Origin: an uncultured Alphaproteobacteria bacterium
GTDB taxonomy: Bacteria > Pseudomonadota > Alphaproteobacteria > Methylaequorales > Methylaequoraceae
Assembly (NCBI GenBank): GCA_902550225.1
Contig: CACCYL010000002.1
Location: forward strand, 84,089 to 148,088
DNA: 64,000 nucleotides
Direction of reading: 5' to 3'
Numbering within the stretch: position 1 is the stretch's first letter; the number at the start of each line of letters is the position of its first letter. Positions 10,223-20,078 of the stretch are shown in pieces. The notes beneath the pieces are model-generated. The model saw nothing but the letters and a program-made list of their open reading frames with translations. It made no database searches and was not told the origin of the DNA. Position numbers and translations under genes: made by a program.

Positions 10223-12061
10223 CTAAACTAGATTTTCTTTCGTCAACTTTAACTTACTGTATATAAATAAACTCCATAACAAAAGCCGAAAGTCTCCTCC
10301 TCTTTCATGATTAGCAATTATTTTCCGCAACTCTTGAAAATTAAAATTTCCGAAATTTAATGCTCTGTCATCAAAATTTAAATTTTTTAACCACTTAATA
10401 AGTGGTATGCCAAAACCTTTTTTTTGTCTAAATAATATTTTTTTAGGCAATTTTTTAGCATATGTTAGCTTTAGTAGATCTTTATTTATTTTAAATTTAC
10501 TTGGTAAATTAATCGCAAAATCTACTACCTCATTATCTAAGAAAGGTGCTCTTATTTCAAGGCTATTTAACATTGATGCTCTATCAGTTTTAACCAGGAT
10601 ATTTTCACTTAAATAAAAGTTGTTATAAAATTCACTAGTTTTTTCAATTAGATTTTTACATTTAGATTCATTCCACAATTTTACAGCGTCTTCGTAAATT
10701 TCTTCATTTGTGTATTTGCAATCAAACAGATGATTTATTTCTTTAATATATCCTGGAGCTAACCATAAAGGATTCCACAATGATTGTCCTGACCCTAACC
10801 CTCCTAAGCTTCTTTTTATTTTAAAGTCAATTCCCATATTAATATCCGATACAGGCAAGAGATCAGCAATTTTTTTAAATTTATTTAAAGTTTTATTTGA
10901 AAAAAAGTTTTCGAAAATTTGTGCATATTTTAATGCTCTGAATGTATCATAACCACCAAATAATTCGTCAGCTCCATCTCCACTTAGAGTAACTTTTACA
11001 TATTTAGAGGTAAATTTTGACAAATAATAGGTTGGTAATAGTGAAGGATCAAGAATTGGTTCATTAATTTTGTCAAAAATTTTGTCAATGTTTTTTAATA
11101 AATCATTAATACCAAAATTCTTGGTGTAATGTTGAGTATTTAAAAATTGACTGACTATTGATGCGTATTCTTTTTCATCGAATGTAATTTCTGAAAATCC
11201 AATATTGAATGTTTTTATTTTTGAATTTATTTTAATAGCTTCATATGTGATTATACTTGAGTCAATTCCACCACTTAAAAAGACCCCAACTGGAACATCT
11301 GAAATCATTGTTCTTTTCAGAGACCTAGAAAAGACCTCTGAAAATTCTTCCAATATTTCTTCCTTTTTTTTAAATTGTTTATTTTCTTTAATTCTAAATT
11401 TCCAGTAATTTGATGAGACAATTTTCTTTTTATTTATGTCAAATTCAAGATAAGAGCCGTGTTTTAGTTTAAATATATTTTTGTAAATAGTTTCAGTTCC
11501 TGGAATAAAACCGTAAGCTAAGGATTTTGCAACTGCTAGCTTATTTACATCATTTTTTACATAAAAAAATAGAGGCTTTATTTCAGATGAAAAAAAAAAA
11601 TTATTATTTTTAAATACGAAAAATAAGGGTTTTTGCCCAAACCTGTCTCTGGCAAGAAATAATTTACCTTTTTTCTTATCATAAATAGCTAAAGCAAACA
11701 TACCATTAATTTTTCTAAATAGTTTCTCTCTCCATTCACTAAAACCATTTAATAAAACTTCAGTATCAGAGTTATTGGTTTTAAACCTATATGATTTTGC
11801 CAGCAACTGTTTTTTTAATTCATTTGAGTTATAAATTTCTCCATTGAATGTTATACAAAAGTTTCCACAAACAGAAGTCATTGGTTGTTTGCCGTATTTT
11901 AGATCAATTATTGCAAGCCTTGAATGAGATATAAATATTTTATTTTTTGGACAAAAGAAATAATTATAATCATCAGGTCCCCTATGATTTAAATATTTAG
12001 AACTTTTAACTAGCAAACTTTTATTAGGATTCTCTCCATAAAAACCAAATATACCACACAT
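10223..12061 (-). CDS. asnB: asparagine synthase (glutamine-hydrolysing)-like amidotransferase
   Basis: Begins with MCGIFG (Ntn Cys2) and has the PP-loop SGGIDSS. Its position in the glycan locus suggests a WbpS-like sugar amidotransferase role. Confidence 0.85.
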   Translation of the reverse strand: MCGIFGFYGENPNKSLLVKSSKYLNHRGPDDYNYFFCPKNKIFISHSRLAIIDLKYGKQPMTSVCGNFCITFNGEIYNSNELKKQLLAKSYRFKTNNSDTEVLLNGFSEWREKLFRKINGMFALAIYDKKKGKLFLARDRFGQKPLFFVFKNNNFFFSSEIKPLFFYVKNDVNKLAVAKSLAYGFIPGTETIYKNIFKLKHGSYLEFDINKKKIVSSNYWKFRIKENKQFKKKEEILEEFSEVFSRSLKRTMISDVPVGVFLSGGIDSSIITYEAIKINSKIKTFNIGFSEITFDEKEYASIVSQFLNTQHYTKNFGINDLLKNIDKIFDKINEPILDPSLLPTYYLSKFTSKYVKVTLSGDGADELFGGYDTFRALKYAQIFENFFSNKTLNKFKKIADLLPVSDINMGIDFKIKRSLGGLGSGQSLWNPLWLAPGYIKEINHLFDCKYTNEEIYEDAVKLWNESKCKNLIEKTSEFYNNFYLSENILVKTDRASMLNSLEIRAPFLDNEVVDFAINLPSKFKINKDLLKLTYAKKLPKKILFRQKKGFGIPLIKWLKNLNFDDRALNFGNFNFQELRKIIANHERGGDFRLLLWSLFIYSKLKLTKENLV

Positions 12062-12063
12062 AT

Positions 12064-13005
12064 CTAATCAATTGACTTTATTTTATAAGACTTCTTGCTC
12101 TGACTTTCATGATAAGTTCTGGATAGAATTTCTGAAATTATACCAAAAAACAGAGACATAATAGAAGTAATGAAAAAAAAGATTATTAAAATAGGAAGTG
12201 GAGTTAGAATAAAAGAAACCCCGTCAACATACTTCAATTTAAGTGTATATATCAATGTTAGACAAGAAAAAAAAAAAAAAATGAGGCCTACTCCCCCAAA
12301 AAAATAAATAGGCTTATTAATAAATCTTCTAAAAAAAACTAATAATATAACATCAAGTAAAACTTTAAAAATTCTACTCATCCCATATTTTGACTTTCCA
12401 AATCTTCTTGCAAAGTGATTAACTTTTACTTCGCCAATTTTTGCTCCCTCAAGTTTTGCATAAAATGGAATAAGTCTATGCATTTCTCCATAAAGTTTTA
12501 TATTTTTAATTATATCTCTTTTATACGCTTTTAATGTACAACCATAATCATGAAGTTTTAAATTCAAAATAAAAGATAATAATTTGTTAGCTATTTTACT
12601 GAAAAACACTCTAAAAAAACCGTCATTTCTTTTGTATCGCCAACCTGAGACAACATCCAAACCACCATTTTTAATCATATCTAAAAGTTTAGGAATGTCT
12701 GACGGGTCATTTTGTCCGTCAGCATCCATCATAACAATTATTTCACCTTTACAATTATCAATTCCAGCCATGATTGCAGCCGTTTGTCCTAAATTTCTGA
12801 CTAAACTAATAATTTTAAAATTTTTCTGATTAAGTTTTTTTATTATATTTAATGATTTATCAGTACTTCCATCATTCACAAAAATAAATTCAAACTTACT
12901 ATCGATAGATTTTGTACTTTTTATCAACTTTTTAATCAAAATTGCTAGACTATCTTCTTCATTAAAAAGAGGTATAATTATTGAAACTAAATTTGAATTT
13001 GCCAT
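12064..13005 (-). CDS. glycosyltransferase family 2 (polyprenyl-phosphate sugar transferase, GtrB/ArnC-like)
   Basis: The DGSTD and DADGQ motifs and a C-terminal pair of TM helices. It contains the T15 tract. Confidence 0.85.
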   Translation of the reverse strand: MANSNLVSIIIPLFNEEDSLAILIKKLIKSTKSIDSKFEFIFVNDGSTDKSLNIIKKLNQKNFKIISLVRNLGQTAAIMAGIDNCKGEIIVMMDADGQNDPSDIPKLLDMIKNGGLDVVSGWRYKRNDGFFRVFFSKIANKLLSFILNLKLHDYGCTLKAYKRDIIKNIKLYGEMHRLIPFYAKLEGAKIGEVKVNHFARRFGKSKYGMSRIFKVLLDVILLVFFRRFINKPIYFFGGVGLIFFFFSCLTLIYTLKLKYVDGVSFILTPLPILIIFFFITSIMSLFFGIISEILSRTYHESQSKKSYKIKSID

Positions 13006-13018
13006 TTTTAAAAGTTAG

Positions 13019-14491
13019 GTGTTTTTGATATTATATACAAAACCTCCAATGTTAATAAGTCTAATAAAAAATAAAGTTTTCTGGTTTGTAATATTAACAA
13101 TTAAGTTTATTTTTTTATTTTTATTTGGTGTCCAGGAAATGCCTGATTCGAGTGCCTATATAGAACTTGCCGAAGAAATTGAAAATAATATAAACTCAAT
13201 TTTTGATTTTCAAAATAATTCAAGAATGATTGGATACTCATTCGTTATCTATATTATAAAATTAGTTTTTGATAAATACTGGATTGTTTCAATTGGTTTT
13301 TTTCAAATATTTTTTTCTTTTTTTACATTACTATTTATTTTTGAAACACTTAAAAAGCTAAAAATTTCGACTGTTTCGATTAAAGTACTGATTATTCTGT
13401 TTTCATTCTCAACGATTAACAAACTAGAGTTACTAATTCTAACAGATAGTATTTATGGAAACTTATTGGTTTTAATTTTTTGTAACTTTTTAAGAATTTA
13501 TGTAACAAATAATAATCTTCAAATCATAAAAAACTCTTTAATGATTAGTTTACTTCTTGTAATTTGTTTTTTGATTAAAGATACTACTCTTGTTTTCCTC
13601 CCTTTGTTATTAGTATTCTTTACAATAATAATTGTAAAACTTTTTTTAAAAGAGATTACTTTTAAAAACTTTGTAATTAACTTTATGATTATTTTTCTTC
13701 CTATTTTAAGTATCTCAGAGACTATAAAATTTCAAAATTTAAAAAAAGAAAATTACAGATATATAACATTAGGTGGATCTACAATTTATCTGTACGCTAC
13801 AGTTAAACCATTTCTTGATAGGAATTTAAAAAACTTTAATAACAATAATGAAATTGACATTACTTATAAAAAATTTGTAACAAATAATGAGTTTTCAAAT
13901 ATATATAACATGATTTCAGAGCTTAAAAGTAAAGGTTTTTCAGATGTTGAAATATTAAAATATTCAAAAGAAAAATATTTTGAAATTATTCAGAATCCAA
14001 AAAATCTGATGACTATTATTATTGGAAATTTAAAACCAACTTTTGTTTGGGGAGTGTTTCAACCATTTTTAAGTTTAAGTCAACTATATTCAATAAAGAT
14101 AAGTGATAATTCATATTGGAGAACAAGACTAATTTTAAAAAAAATTTTGAGCGAAAAAACTCTTAACTTTGATCTAATTCTGTTTGTTTTATGCTTGTTT
14201 GAAATTTTAGTTGCTTCTTCAATGTTTATTTTATTTTTATTTACCGGTATGACGAATTTAAGAAAAATATTATCAATCAAAAAGAAAAAAAAGCAGAATT
14301 TCTCTTTTATAATTTTAATATCAATAATTTTCTATTTGTTGTTTTGTTTCCTTCATTTAATTGTTCATATTGAGCCAAGATATTTGGTAGGTACCAATTT
14401 TTTGTTTATTCTATCAATAATTTTAAATTTTGAAAAAGACATATCAGTATTTTATGATAAAATTAACAATTTTACAAAAAAAGTTCTATGA
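13019..14491 (+). CDS. polytopic membrane protein of the glycan locus (possible GT-C-type glycosyltransferase or polymerase)
   Basis: About 12 predicted TM helices and no soluble motifs. It overlaps the downstream methyltransferase gene by 4 nt. Confidence 0.5.
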   Translation: MFLILYTKPPMLISLIKNKVFWFVILTIKFIFLFLFGVQEMPDSSAYIELAEEIENNINSIFDFQNNSRMIGYSFVIYIIKLVFDKYWIVSIGFFQIFFSFFTLLFIFETLKKLKISTVSIKVLIILFSFSTINKLELLILTDSIYGNLLVLIFCNFLRIYVTNNNLQIIKNSLMISLLLVICFLIKDTTLVFLPLLLVFFTIIIVKLFLKEITFKNFVINFMIIFLPILSISETIKFQNLKKENYRYITLGGSTIYLYATVKPFLDRNLKNFNNNNEIDITYKKFVTNNEFSNIYNMISELKSKGFSDVEILKYSKEKYFEIIQNPKNLMTIIIGNLKPTFVWGVFQPFLSLSQLYSIKISDNSYWRTRLILKKILSEKTLNFDLILFVLCLFEILVASSMFILFLFTGMTNLRKILSIKKKKKQNFSFIILISIIFYLLFCFLHLIVHIEPRYLVGTNFLFILSIILNFEKDISVFYDKINNFTKKVL

Positions 14492-15213
14492 AAAAATCTC
14501 ATTTTTATTATGAATCAAGTATAGAAAAATACTTTTGGTGGTTTACAGTAAGAAGATTTTTCTTCTCAAGGGAAATAATAAAATTAATTGACAAAAAAAA
14601 AAGAATTTTAGACATTGGAAGTAGTAGTGGAACTAATCTTAGAATGTTAGAAGAAATTGGTTATCACAATTATACTGGTTTAGATCCAAATGATGTAGCA
14701 ATAAACCAATGCAAAAAAAAAGGTTTTACTAAGATTATTAAAGGCAATGCCTGCAACTTACCATTTAAAAGTAATAGTATTGATCTAGTAATTGCATCAG
14801 ATGTCTTAGAGCATATTGAAAATGATAAACTTGCATTATCTGAAATTTATAGAGTTATGAAAAAAAATTCTTATGCTATTATTACTGTTCCAGCCTTTAA
14901 TTTTCTATGGAGTTTACACGACGAAAATTCAATGCATAAAAGAAGATATATAAAAAAATCATTAAAAAATTTAATAAACCATAAAAGTTTTGTAATAAAA
15001 AAAATTTATTATTTTAATTTTTTGTTATTTATACCGATTTATTTTGCCAGAATTATATTTAAACTTTTAAAACTTAATATTAAAAATGAAAATAAGGTAA
15101 ATAGTAAATACTTAAATGTTTTATTAAAAATTATTTTTAAATTTGATGTTCTAATAGCTGAAAAAATAAATCCACCTTTTGGAGTCTCGATTTTCGCTTT
15201 GATTAAAAAATAA
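14488..15213 (+). CDS. class I SAM-dependent methyltransferase
   Basis: Motif I LDIGSSSGTN and the post-I acidic residue, with a C-terminal hydrophobic tail. Confidence 0.75.
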   Translation: MKKSHFYYESSIEKYFWWFTVRRFFFSREIIKLIDKKKRILDIGSSSGTNLRMLEEIGYHNYTGLDPNDVAINQCKKKGFTKIIKGNACNLPFKSNSIDLVIASDVLEHIENDKLALSEIYRVMKKNSYAIITVPAFNFLWSLHDENSMHKRRYIKKSLKNLINHKSFVIKKIYYFNFLLFIPIYFARIIFKLLKLNIKNENKVNSKYLNVLLKIIFKFDVLIAEKINPPFGVSIFALIKK

Positions 15214-15345
15214 AAAGTATCTTATTAAAATTAAATTTTTCAAGAAATAAACAACTAAATTTCAATATAATAAAAAGATAAACATAATGTTCATATTTGC
15301 GTAAAAGAAATAAAAAAGTTTACATTATGAAAGAAGTTAATCCTT

Positions 15346-16185
15346 TTATTGTCTATTGTAAAATAAACTTATTGCATGTTCTTTTATTAAATCTAAATCA
15401 ACAGCTGAACTACTAGCAATAAAGGCTCCATTCTTAAAATTTTTTTTCCCATATAAAAATTCACATATATCGTTATTTTCAAAACCTATAAGGTTAGCAT
15501 TAGCAGTTTGAAGTATTGAATGTCCTGCTGCAATATCCCATTCCATTGTTTTGCCAAACCTAATATATAGATTAGCTTTTGAATCAGCTATCATACAAAA
15601 TTTTAAAGAAGAACCTTTTTTAATTAAATCATTCTCGTAATTAATTTTAGATAAAAAATCCTCTGTCTTTTTATCTAAATGTGATCTGCTGCAAACAATT
15701 GATAATTCAGGTGATTTCGATGAATTAATTATTTGAATCTCATTTTTGATTGATCTGAATGAATTATATCCATTTGAATAATATTGTGTTTGTAGAACAG
15801 GTATATCAATAACGCCGATTTGTGGACGGTTTTGTTGAATAAGTGCAATATTTACTGTAAATTCGCCGTTCTTATTTAAAAACTCTTTGGTACCATCTAA
15901 AGGGTCGATTAATATAAATTCATCAAAATCTGCACCATCAGGAATTTGAGACTCTTCAGAAACCCTCGTGATTGATCTTAATTCTTTTTGAAGTATTTCA
16001 ATTATTATTCTATTGGACTCAATATCCGCTTTTGTTAAAGGTGTGTTGTCCTTTTTAATTTTCTTAGATAATTCATCGCATTCATATATTTCTAAAATTT
16101 TAGTAGCAGCTTTGCTAGAGGCAAATCTAAATATTTCTGTTATTTCTGCAAAGTTATGTTTCTTTATTTTATTTTTTTTTGACAT
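15346..16185 (-). CDS. cysQ: 3'(2'),5'-bisphosphate nucleotidase / inositol monophosphatase family
   Basis: IMPase motifs (IDPLDGTKEF, WDIAAG). Confidence 0.8.
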   Translation of the reverse strand: MSKKNKIKKHNFAEITEIFRFASSKAATKILEIYECDELSKKIKKDNTPLTKADIESNRIIIEILQKELRSITRVSEESQIPDGADFDEFILIDPLDGTKEFLNKNGEFTVNIALIQQNRPQIGVIDIPVLQTQYYSNGYNSFRSIKNEIQIINSSKSPELSIVCSRSHLDKKTEDFLSKINYENDLIKKGSSLKFCMIADSKANLYIRFGKTMEWDIAAGHSILQTANANLIGFENNDICEFLYGKKNFKNGAFIASSSAVDLDLIKEHAISLFYNRQ

Positions 16186-17159
16186 TATATAACTTTTATT
16201 AAAGTCCTACCTCTTATTTGCCCCTTTAATATTTGATTAGATATGTCATGTAAATCATTAAAACTCTTACTAACTTTAATTTCTTTTAAAATTCTTTTGT
16301 CCAAGTATTTTTCTAAAAATTTCCACGCATTTACTCTTTTTGTGTAACTAGCATAAACACAATCAATTCCAGATAAAGTTATATTTCTTAATATAAAGGG
16401 ATAAACAGTCGTATTTAATGTTGCACTCTTCGCTAAACCTGTACTAACAACAATTCCATCATACATTGTTTCAGCTAGTATAGTAGATAGGATTTCTCCA
16501 CCAACAGTATCTATAGCCCCTTGCCACTTTTGTTTTGATAAAGGATTTTTTGAATAATTAAAACTATCTCTTTTAATGATACTTGTAGCACCCAATTTCG
16601 TTAAGAATTTTTCATCTTTATTTGTTAAAGCAACAACTTTATAATTTAAATTAGACAATAAATTTACTGCAATACAACCAACACCTCCTGATGCACCCGT
16701 TACTAAAATATTATTAGTTGAAGGTTTTTTTATTTTTTTTATTAATTCTTGAACGCACAATGCAGCGGTGTACCCTGCTGCGCCAATAATCATAGCTTCT
16801 TGAAGCGAAAAATTATTTGGTAAATGAATTAACCAATCACTTTTGACTTGTGCATATTCTGAGAACCCGCCAAAATGTTTTTCTCCAATACCCCATCCAT
16901 TACATAAAACTTTATCTCCCTTTTTGAATTTTTTTGAGCTTGATTTCACAACTACACCTGAGAAATCTGCTCCTGGTATCATCGGAAATCGTTTAACGAT
17001 TGGAGCTTTATTAAGAATTGCCAAACCATCTTTATAATTAAAACTTGTGTAATGAATTTTAATTAATACGTTTCCTTCCATTAATTCAGAAAAGTTCATA
17101 TTTGTTATTTTACAAGTTTTATCTTCATAAATTACAAATGCTTTAAATGTATTTTTCAT
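16185..17159 (-). CDS. MDR-family NADPH:quinone / acryloyl-CoA reductase (YhdH/AcuI-like)
   Basis: Medium-chain dehydrogenase/reductase fold with a GASGGVG nucleotide motif and a YhdH-like N-terminus. It is adjacent to cysQ with no gap. Confidence 0.75.
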   Translation of the reverse strand: MKNTFKAFVIYEDKTCKITNMNFSELMEGNVLIKIHYTSFNYKDGLAILNKAPIVKRFPMIPGADFSGVVVKSSSKKFKKGDKVLCNGWGIGEKHFGGFSEYAQVKSDWLIHLPNNFSLQEAMIIGAAGYTAALCVQELIKKIKKPSTNNILVTGASGGVGCIAVNLLSNLNYKVVALTNKDEKFLTKLGATSIIKRDSFNYSKNPLSKQKWQGAIDTVGGEILSTILAETMYDGIVVSTGLAKSATLNTTVYPFILRNITLSGIDCVYASYTKRVNAWKFLEKYLDKRILKEIKVSKSFNDLHDISNQILKGQIRGRTLIKVI

Positions 17160-17242
17160 GTTATAAATATTGATTTTTAATGAGATTTAATTATTTTTGA
17201 AATTAGATTAACAAATATTTTAAAAAACACCATTTATAATGT

Positions 17243-17416
17243 ATGTCAAGACGAACATATGAAAAAGATGCAGATTTTGTTGAAGTTGCAGACGATTTAG
17301 AAAATTTAGTTGCTGACAAAAGAATAAGTTGGAGAGCATCAGCAACGAAAGCAAGAAGAAGACAAAGAAGGTATAAAAATAGACTTACTTATGAAATCTT
17401 AAAAATATCTAGGTAA
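17243..17416 (+). CDS. small basic protein (57 aa), unknown function
   Basis: I translated this by hand from an intergenic gap: MSRRTYEKDADFVEVADDLENLVADKRISWRASATKARRRQRRYKNRLTYEILKISR. It falls below the ORF-track size threshold. Confidence 0.35.
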   Translation: MSRRTYEKDADFVEVADDLENLVADKRISWRASATKARRRQRRYKNRLTYEILKISR

Positions 17417-17432
17417 GATTCTTGTCGTTAAG

Positions 17433-18008
17433 TTAAACTGGTAAACCCTTGTAACACTGACCTTCGAAATGGAATGTTTCCTTTGGTTTTAAAGAAAATG
17501 ATTCAAGAGTCTTCAAGGATAGCCTCCCTTTTTTGTTATATAACGGAACATTTTTTGTATTGGCTTCAAGTTTACTTATAGCATTAAAAAATTTCGGATC
17601 ATTAAAACTGTAAAATGATCTTTTTGTTTCACCTGTAATTTTGTTGATTCTATATGATTCTAAATAATAAGCTTGAGAGACAAATGTATTAATAGTTATT
17701 GTATCTTTAACTGTTTTATATTCATCTAGCAGTATTCCTTGATGATTGAACCAGGAATTTCTTAACCTATATTCATTTTCACTATTAGATAAGCTGTATT
17801 GATTTACTTCAATAAAATCTTTACAACCAAGGTTTTTACAAATTTGCTGATTGTCAATCTTATCATTTTCAACAAATCCAATTTCATTTATCTCTTTTTT
17901 GATAAGGCTAGGATCAAATTCACATGTAAGTTTTAAAACGTTCTTAGGATTTGTGTATGCATTGCTTGATGCGAACAAACAGTATAAAAGGATGAGAAGC
18001 TTTTTCAT
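17433..18008 (-). CDS. secreted hypothetical protein
   Basis: Signal peptide MKKLLILLYCLFASSNA. Confidence 0.5.
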   Translation of the reverse strand: MKKLLILLYCLFASSNAYTNPKNVLKLTCEFDPSLIKKEINEIGFVENDKIDNQQICKNLGCKDFIEVNQYSLSNSENEYRLRNSWFNHQGILLDEYKTVKDTITINTFVSQAYYLESYRINKITGETKRSFYSFNDPKFFNAISKLEANTKNVPLYNKKGRLSLKTLESFSLKPKETFHFEGQCYKGLPV

Positions 18009-18456
18009 ACAATTTGTAAAATAGGCGTATAAAGGTTGTTTACATTATCTGCAATTAGCAAAAGTTGTGAGCTATAATCAGCTGTAAACTTTTCTTTTAT
18101 TTCAGGAAATTTTTTTAAAAAGAACCATAAGGTAAAAAAACATGACCAAAATATAATTAAAAATCGTCTGACAATTTTTGGTTTAACTTCAATTTTCATG
18201 GGACTTAATTACTCAGTTAGATGTTATATACATTATTTATGACTGATTATAAATAATTCAATAATTTCTTATGAGTTTTATTAAATTACTCTGTTTGAAA
18301 TAGAAACATAGTTGAAATCTTCTAAGTTTTGTAATATTTTTTGTTTAAAAATGAGTTATATTTTTATATCTGTTTTGATTTAAAAAATATAAGGTTTTAG
18401 AGTTTAGTAGTGAACATTAATTGAAAGCGCTATTATCTAAATCAAACTCGGATGAA

Positions 18457-18495
18457 GGAGAGATGGCAGAGTGGTCGAATGCACCGGTCTTGAAA
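18457..18495 (+). pseudogene. tRNA-Ser 5' half-copy (acceptor and D arm through the anticodon loop), remnant of the original target gene
   Basis: 37 of 39 positions are identical to the 5' half of the intact tRNA-Ser at 20751, and identity stops exactly at the anticodon loop. About 150 bp of upstream flank is also homologous. Confidence 0.75.
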
Positions 18496-18627
18496 GACAA
18501 CAGAGTCACTCCGAACACCCTTATTTGCTTGAGTTTTAAATAAAAATATAGTCGACAACATAGTCGACAACATATATTATCAAATATTCTGTACTAACCT
18601 TACACAGATTATTTAACTAATAGTATT

Positions 18628-19188
18628 TTGACTCGAACTTACATGGAAAACTCGCTCAAAAACATTATTAGAAACTATCAAAATTCTTTTAAAAGGAAAG
18701 TCTACACAAATGAAAATAACGATGTCGACTTATTAATGAACGTTTTTGGTATAACTCCCGATTTAAAGCGAGAAAATCGACAATATTGGGGACGAGAACT
18801 GGGAATGTGCTGGCAACTTTTAGTCATAGAATTATTCAGGAACACAAGAGATGATTTTGGTGCTGCCATAAAAATCGGTTCAGACGAACCCTGTGACCTA
18901 ACTGCCGGAACCTATGCGATTGACACAAAATATAGAATAGGGTCAGGAGACTCTGGTACGTTGAAAAAATTTAAATCTTACGGTCCTAAATTAAAAGAAA
19001 TGGGTTACTCACCAATATTTTTAATAGTTAGAGAAGATAACTTACCTGCGGCGATTACTGCTTGTCGAGTTGGTGGTTGGAGGGTATTAACCGGGAAAGA
19101 TACTTTTAAATTTATCAGAGAATTTACCAATTTTGATCTGGAGCAGTTTCTGCTCGACAATCGTGAAAATTTCAACGTTGAACGTTAA
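18628..19188 (+). CDS. type II restriction endonuclease candidate (PD-(D/E)xK fold)
   Basis: PCD-x9-DTK motif. The gene is convergent with the methyltransferase and overlaps it by 4 nt tail to tail. GC content is elevated. Confidence 0.55.
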   Translation: MTRTYMENSLKNIIRNYQNSFKRKVYTNENNDVDLLMNVFGITPDLKRENRQYWGRELGMCWQLLVIELFRNTRDDFGAAIKIGSDEPCDLTAGTYAIDTKYRIGSGDSGTLKKFKSYGPKLKEMGYSPIFLIVREDNLPAAITACRVGGWRVLTGKDTFKFIREFTNFDLEQFLLDNRENFNVER

Positions 19189-20078
19189 AAAAGAGAATAA
19201 TTGAGTCTTTCCCTGATTATCTCTACATACTTCTTTTCAATCTCAATTCCAAGATATCCTCTACCTAAATGTTTCGCAGCGAGCAGAGTTGTTCCAGAAC
19301 CAGCAAAAGGATCTATTACCACATTTTGAGTTCCTTCTGGAACAAGTATGCTTACTAATTTTTCCATTAATGATAGAGGTTTTACAGTACAATGCACATT
19401 GAACTCTTCCTTTTTGTCTCTTTGAATATTCTCTAAAATATTTGACTGAAATCCTCCATTCTTTAAAGTTGTATTGAAAACTCCAACTCCGTACTTCATT
19501 AATGTTTGTGAATAATTTTGTTCTAAAGGTTTTTGAACCAAGACAATGCCCTCCCATTCATTCCGAAAACAACTATGCCAACCCTGCCACCGATAATGTT
19601 CCTGGTAACCTTTACGTTTTAACTGAGATGCAGCGTTGTAACCCTTTGGGATGCCACTCGAACGTCGATACACAAGTATATCGCGAGCATAAAAACCTGC
19701 CTTTTCGAGGGCAACTTGGACATGCGCCAGTGTCCGGGTACTGTTAAATACAGCAACGGGACTTCCCGGTTTCAAGATTCTATAAAGTTCTTCTGACCAT
19801 TTCAGACACCACTCCTCATAATCAAGTATGTTTGACCGATTTTTATCATACCATCGCTTATTCCTTACCCCACCAGCAAGACCACTTCCGTAAGGTATGT
19901 TTTTCACTAATGTGTTACTTTTTTTGGACCTACTAATCCTTCGTTCAACTTCCTCAGTATCCCAATTTTTTCCGATAAATTCATAGTTATATGGAGGATC
20001 AGTGATACAAGCAGACACCGTATCAGGTTCAAATTGCTTCATGATCTTGATGCAATCTCCATTAAATATCTTATCCAA
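19185..20078 (-). CDS. DNA methyltransferase, beta-class N6A/N4C (DPPY ... FAGSGTT)
   Basis: Motif IV DPPY is N-terminal and motif I DPFAGSGTT is C-terminal. This is the ParB-less beta-class arrangement, as in M.RsrI and M.PvuII. GC content is markedly higher than in the surroundings. Confidence 0.85.
   Translation of the reverse strand: MDKIFNGDCIKIMKQFEPDTVSACITDPPYNYEFIGKNWDTEEVERRISRSKKSNTLVKNIPYGSGLAGGVRNKRWYDKNRSNILDYEEWCLKWSEELYRILKPGSPVAVFNSTRTLAHVQVALEKAGFYARDILVYRRSSGIPKGYNAASQLKRKGYQEHYRWQGWHSCFRNEWEGIVLVQKPLEQNYSQTLMKYGVGVFNTTLKNGGFQSNILENIQRDKKEEFNVHCTVKPLSLMEKLVSILVPEGTQNVVIDPFAGSGTTLLAAKHLGRGYLGIEIEKKYVEIIRERLNYSLF

Noticed and set aside
18005-18199. 64-aa minus-strand ORF overlapping the secreted-protein gene by 4 nt
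   Set aside because: It may be a small membrane peptide, but it has no motif or RBS evidence, so it was not called as a feature.
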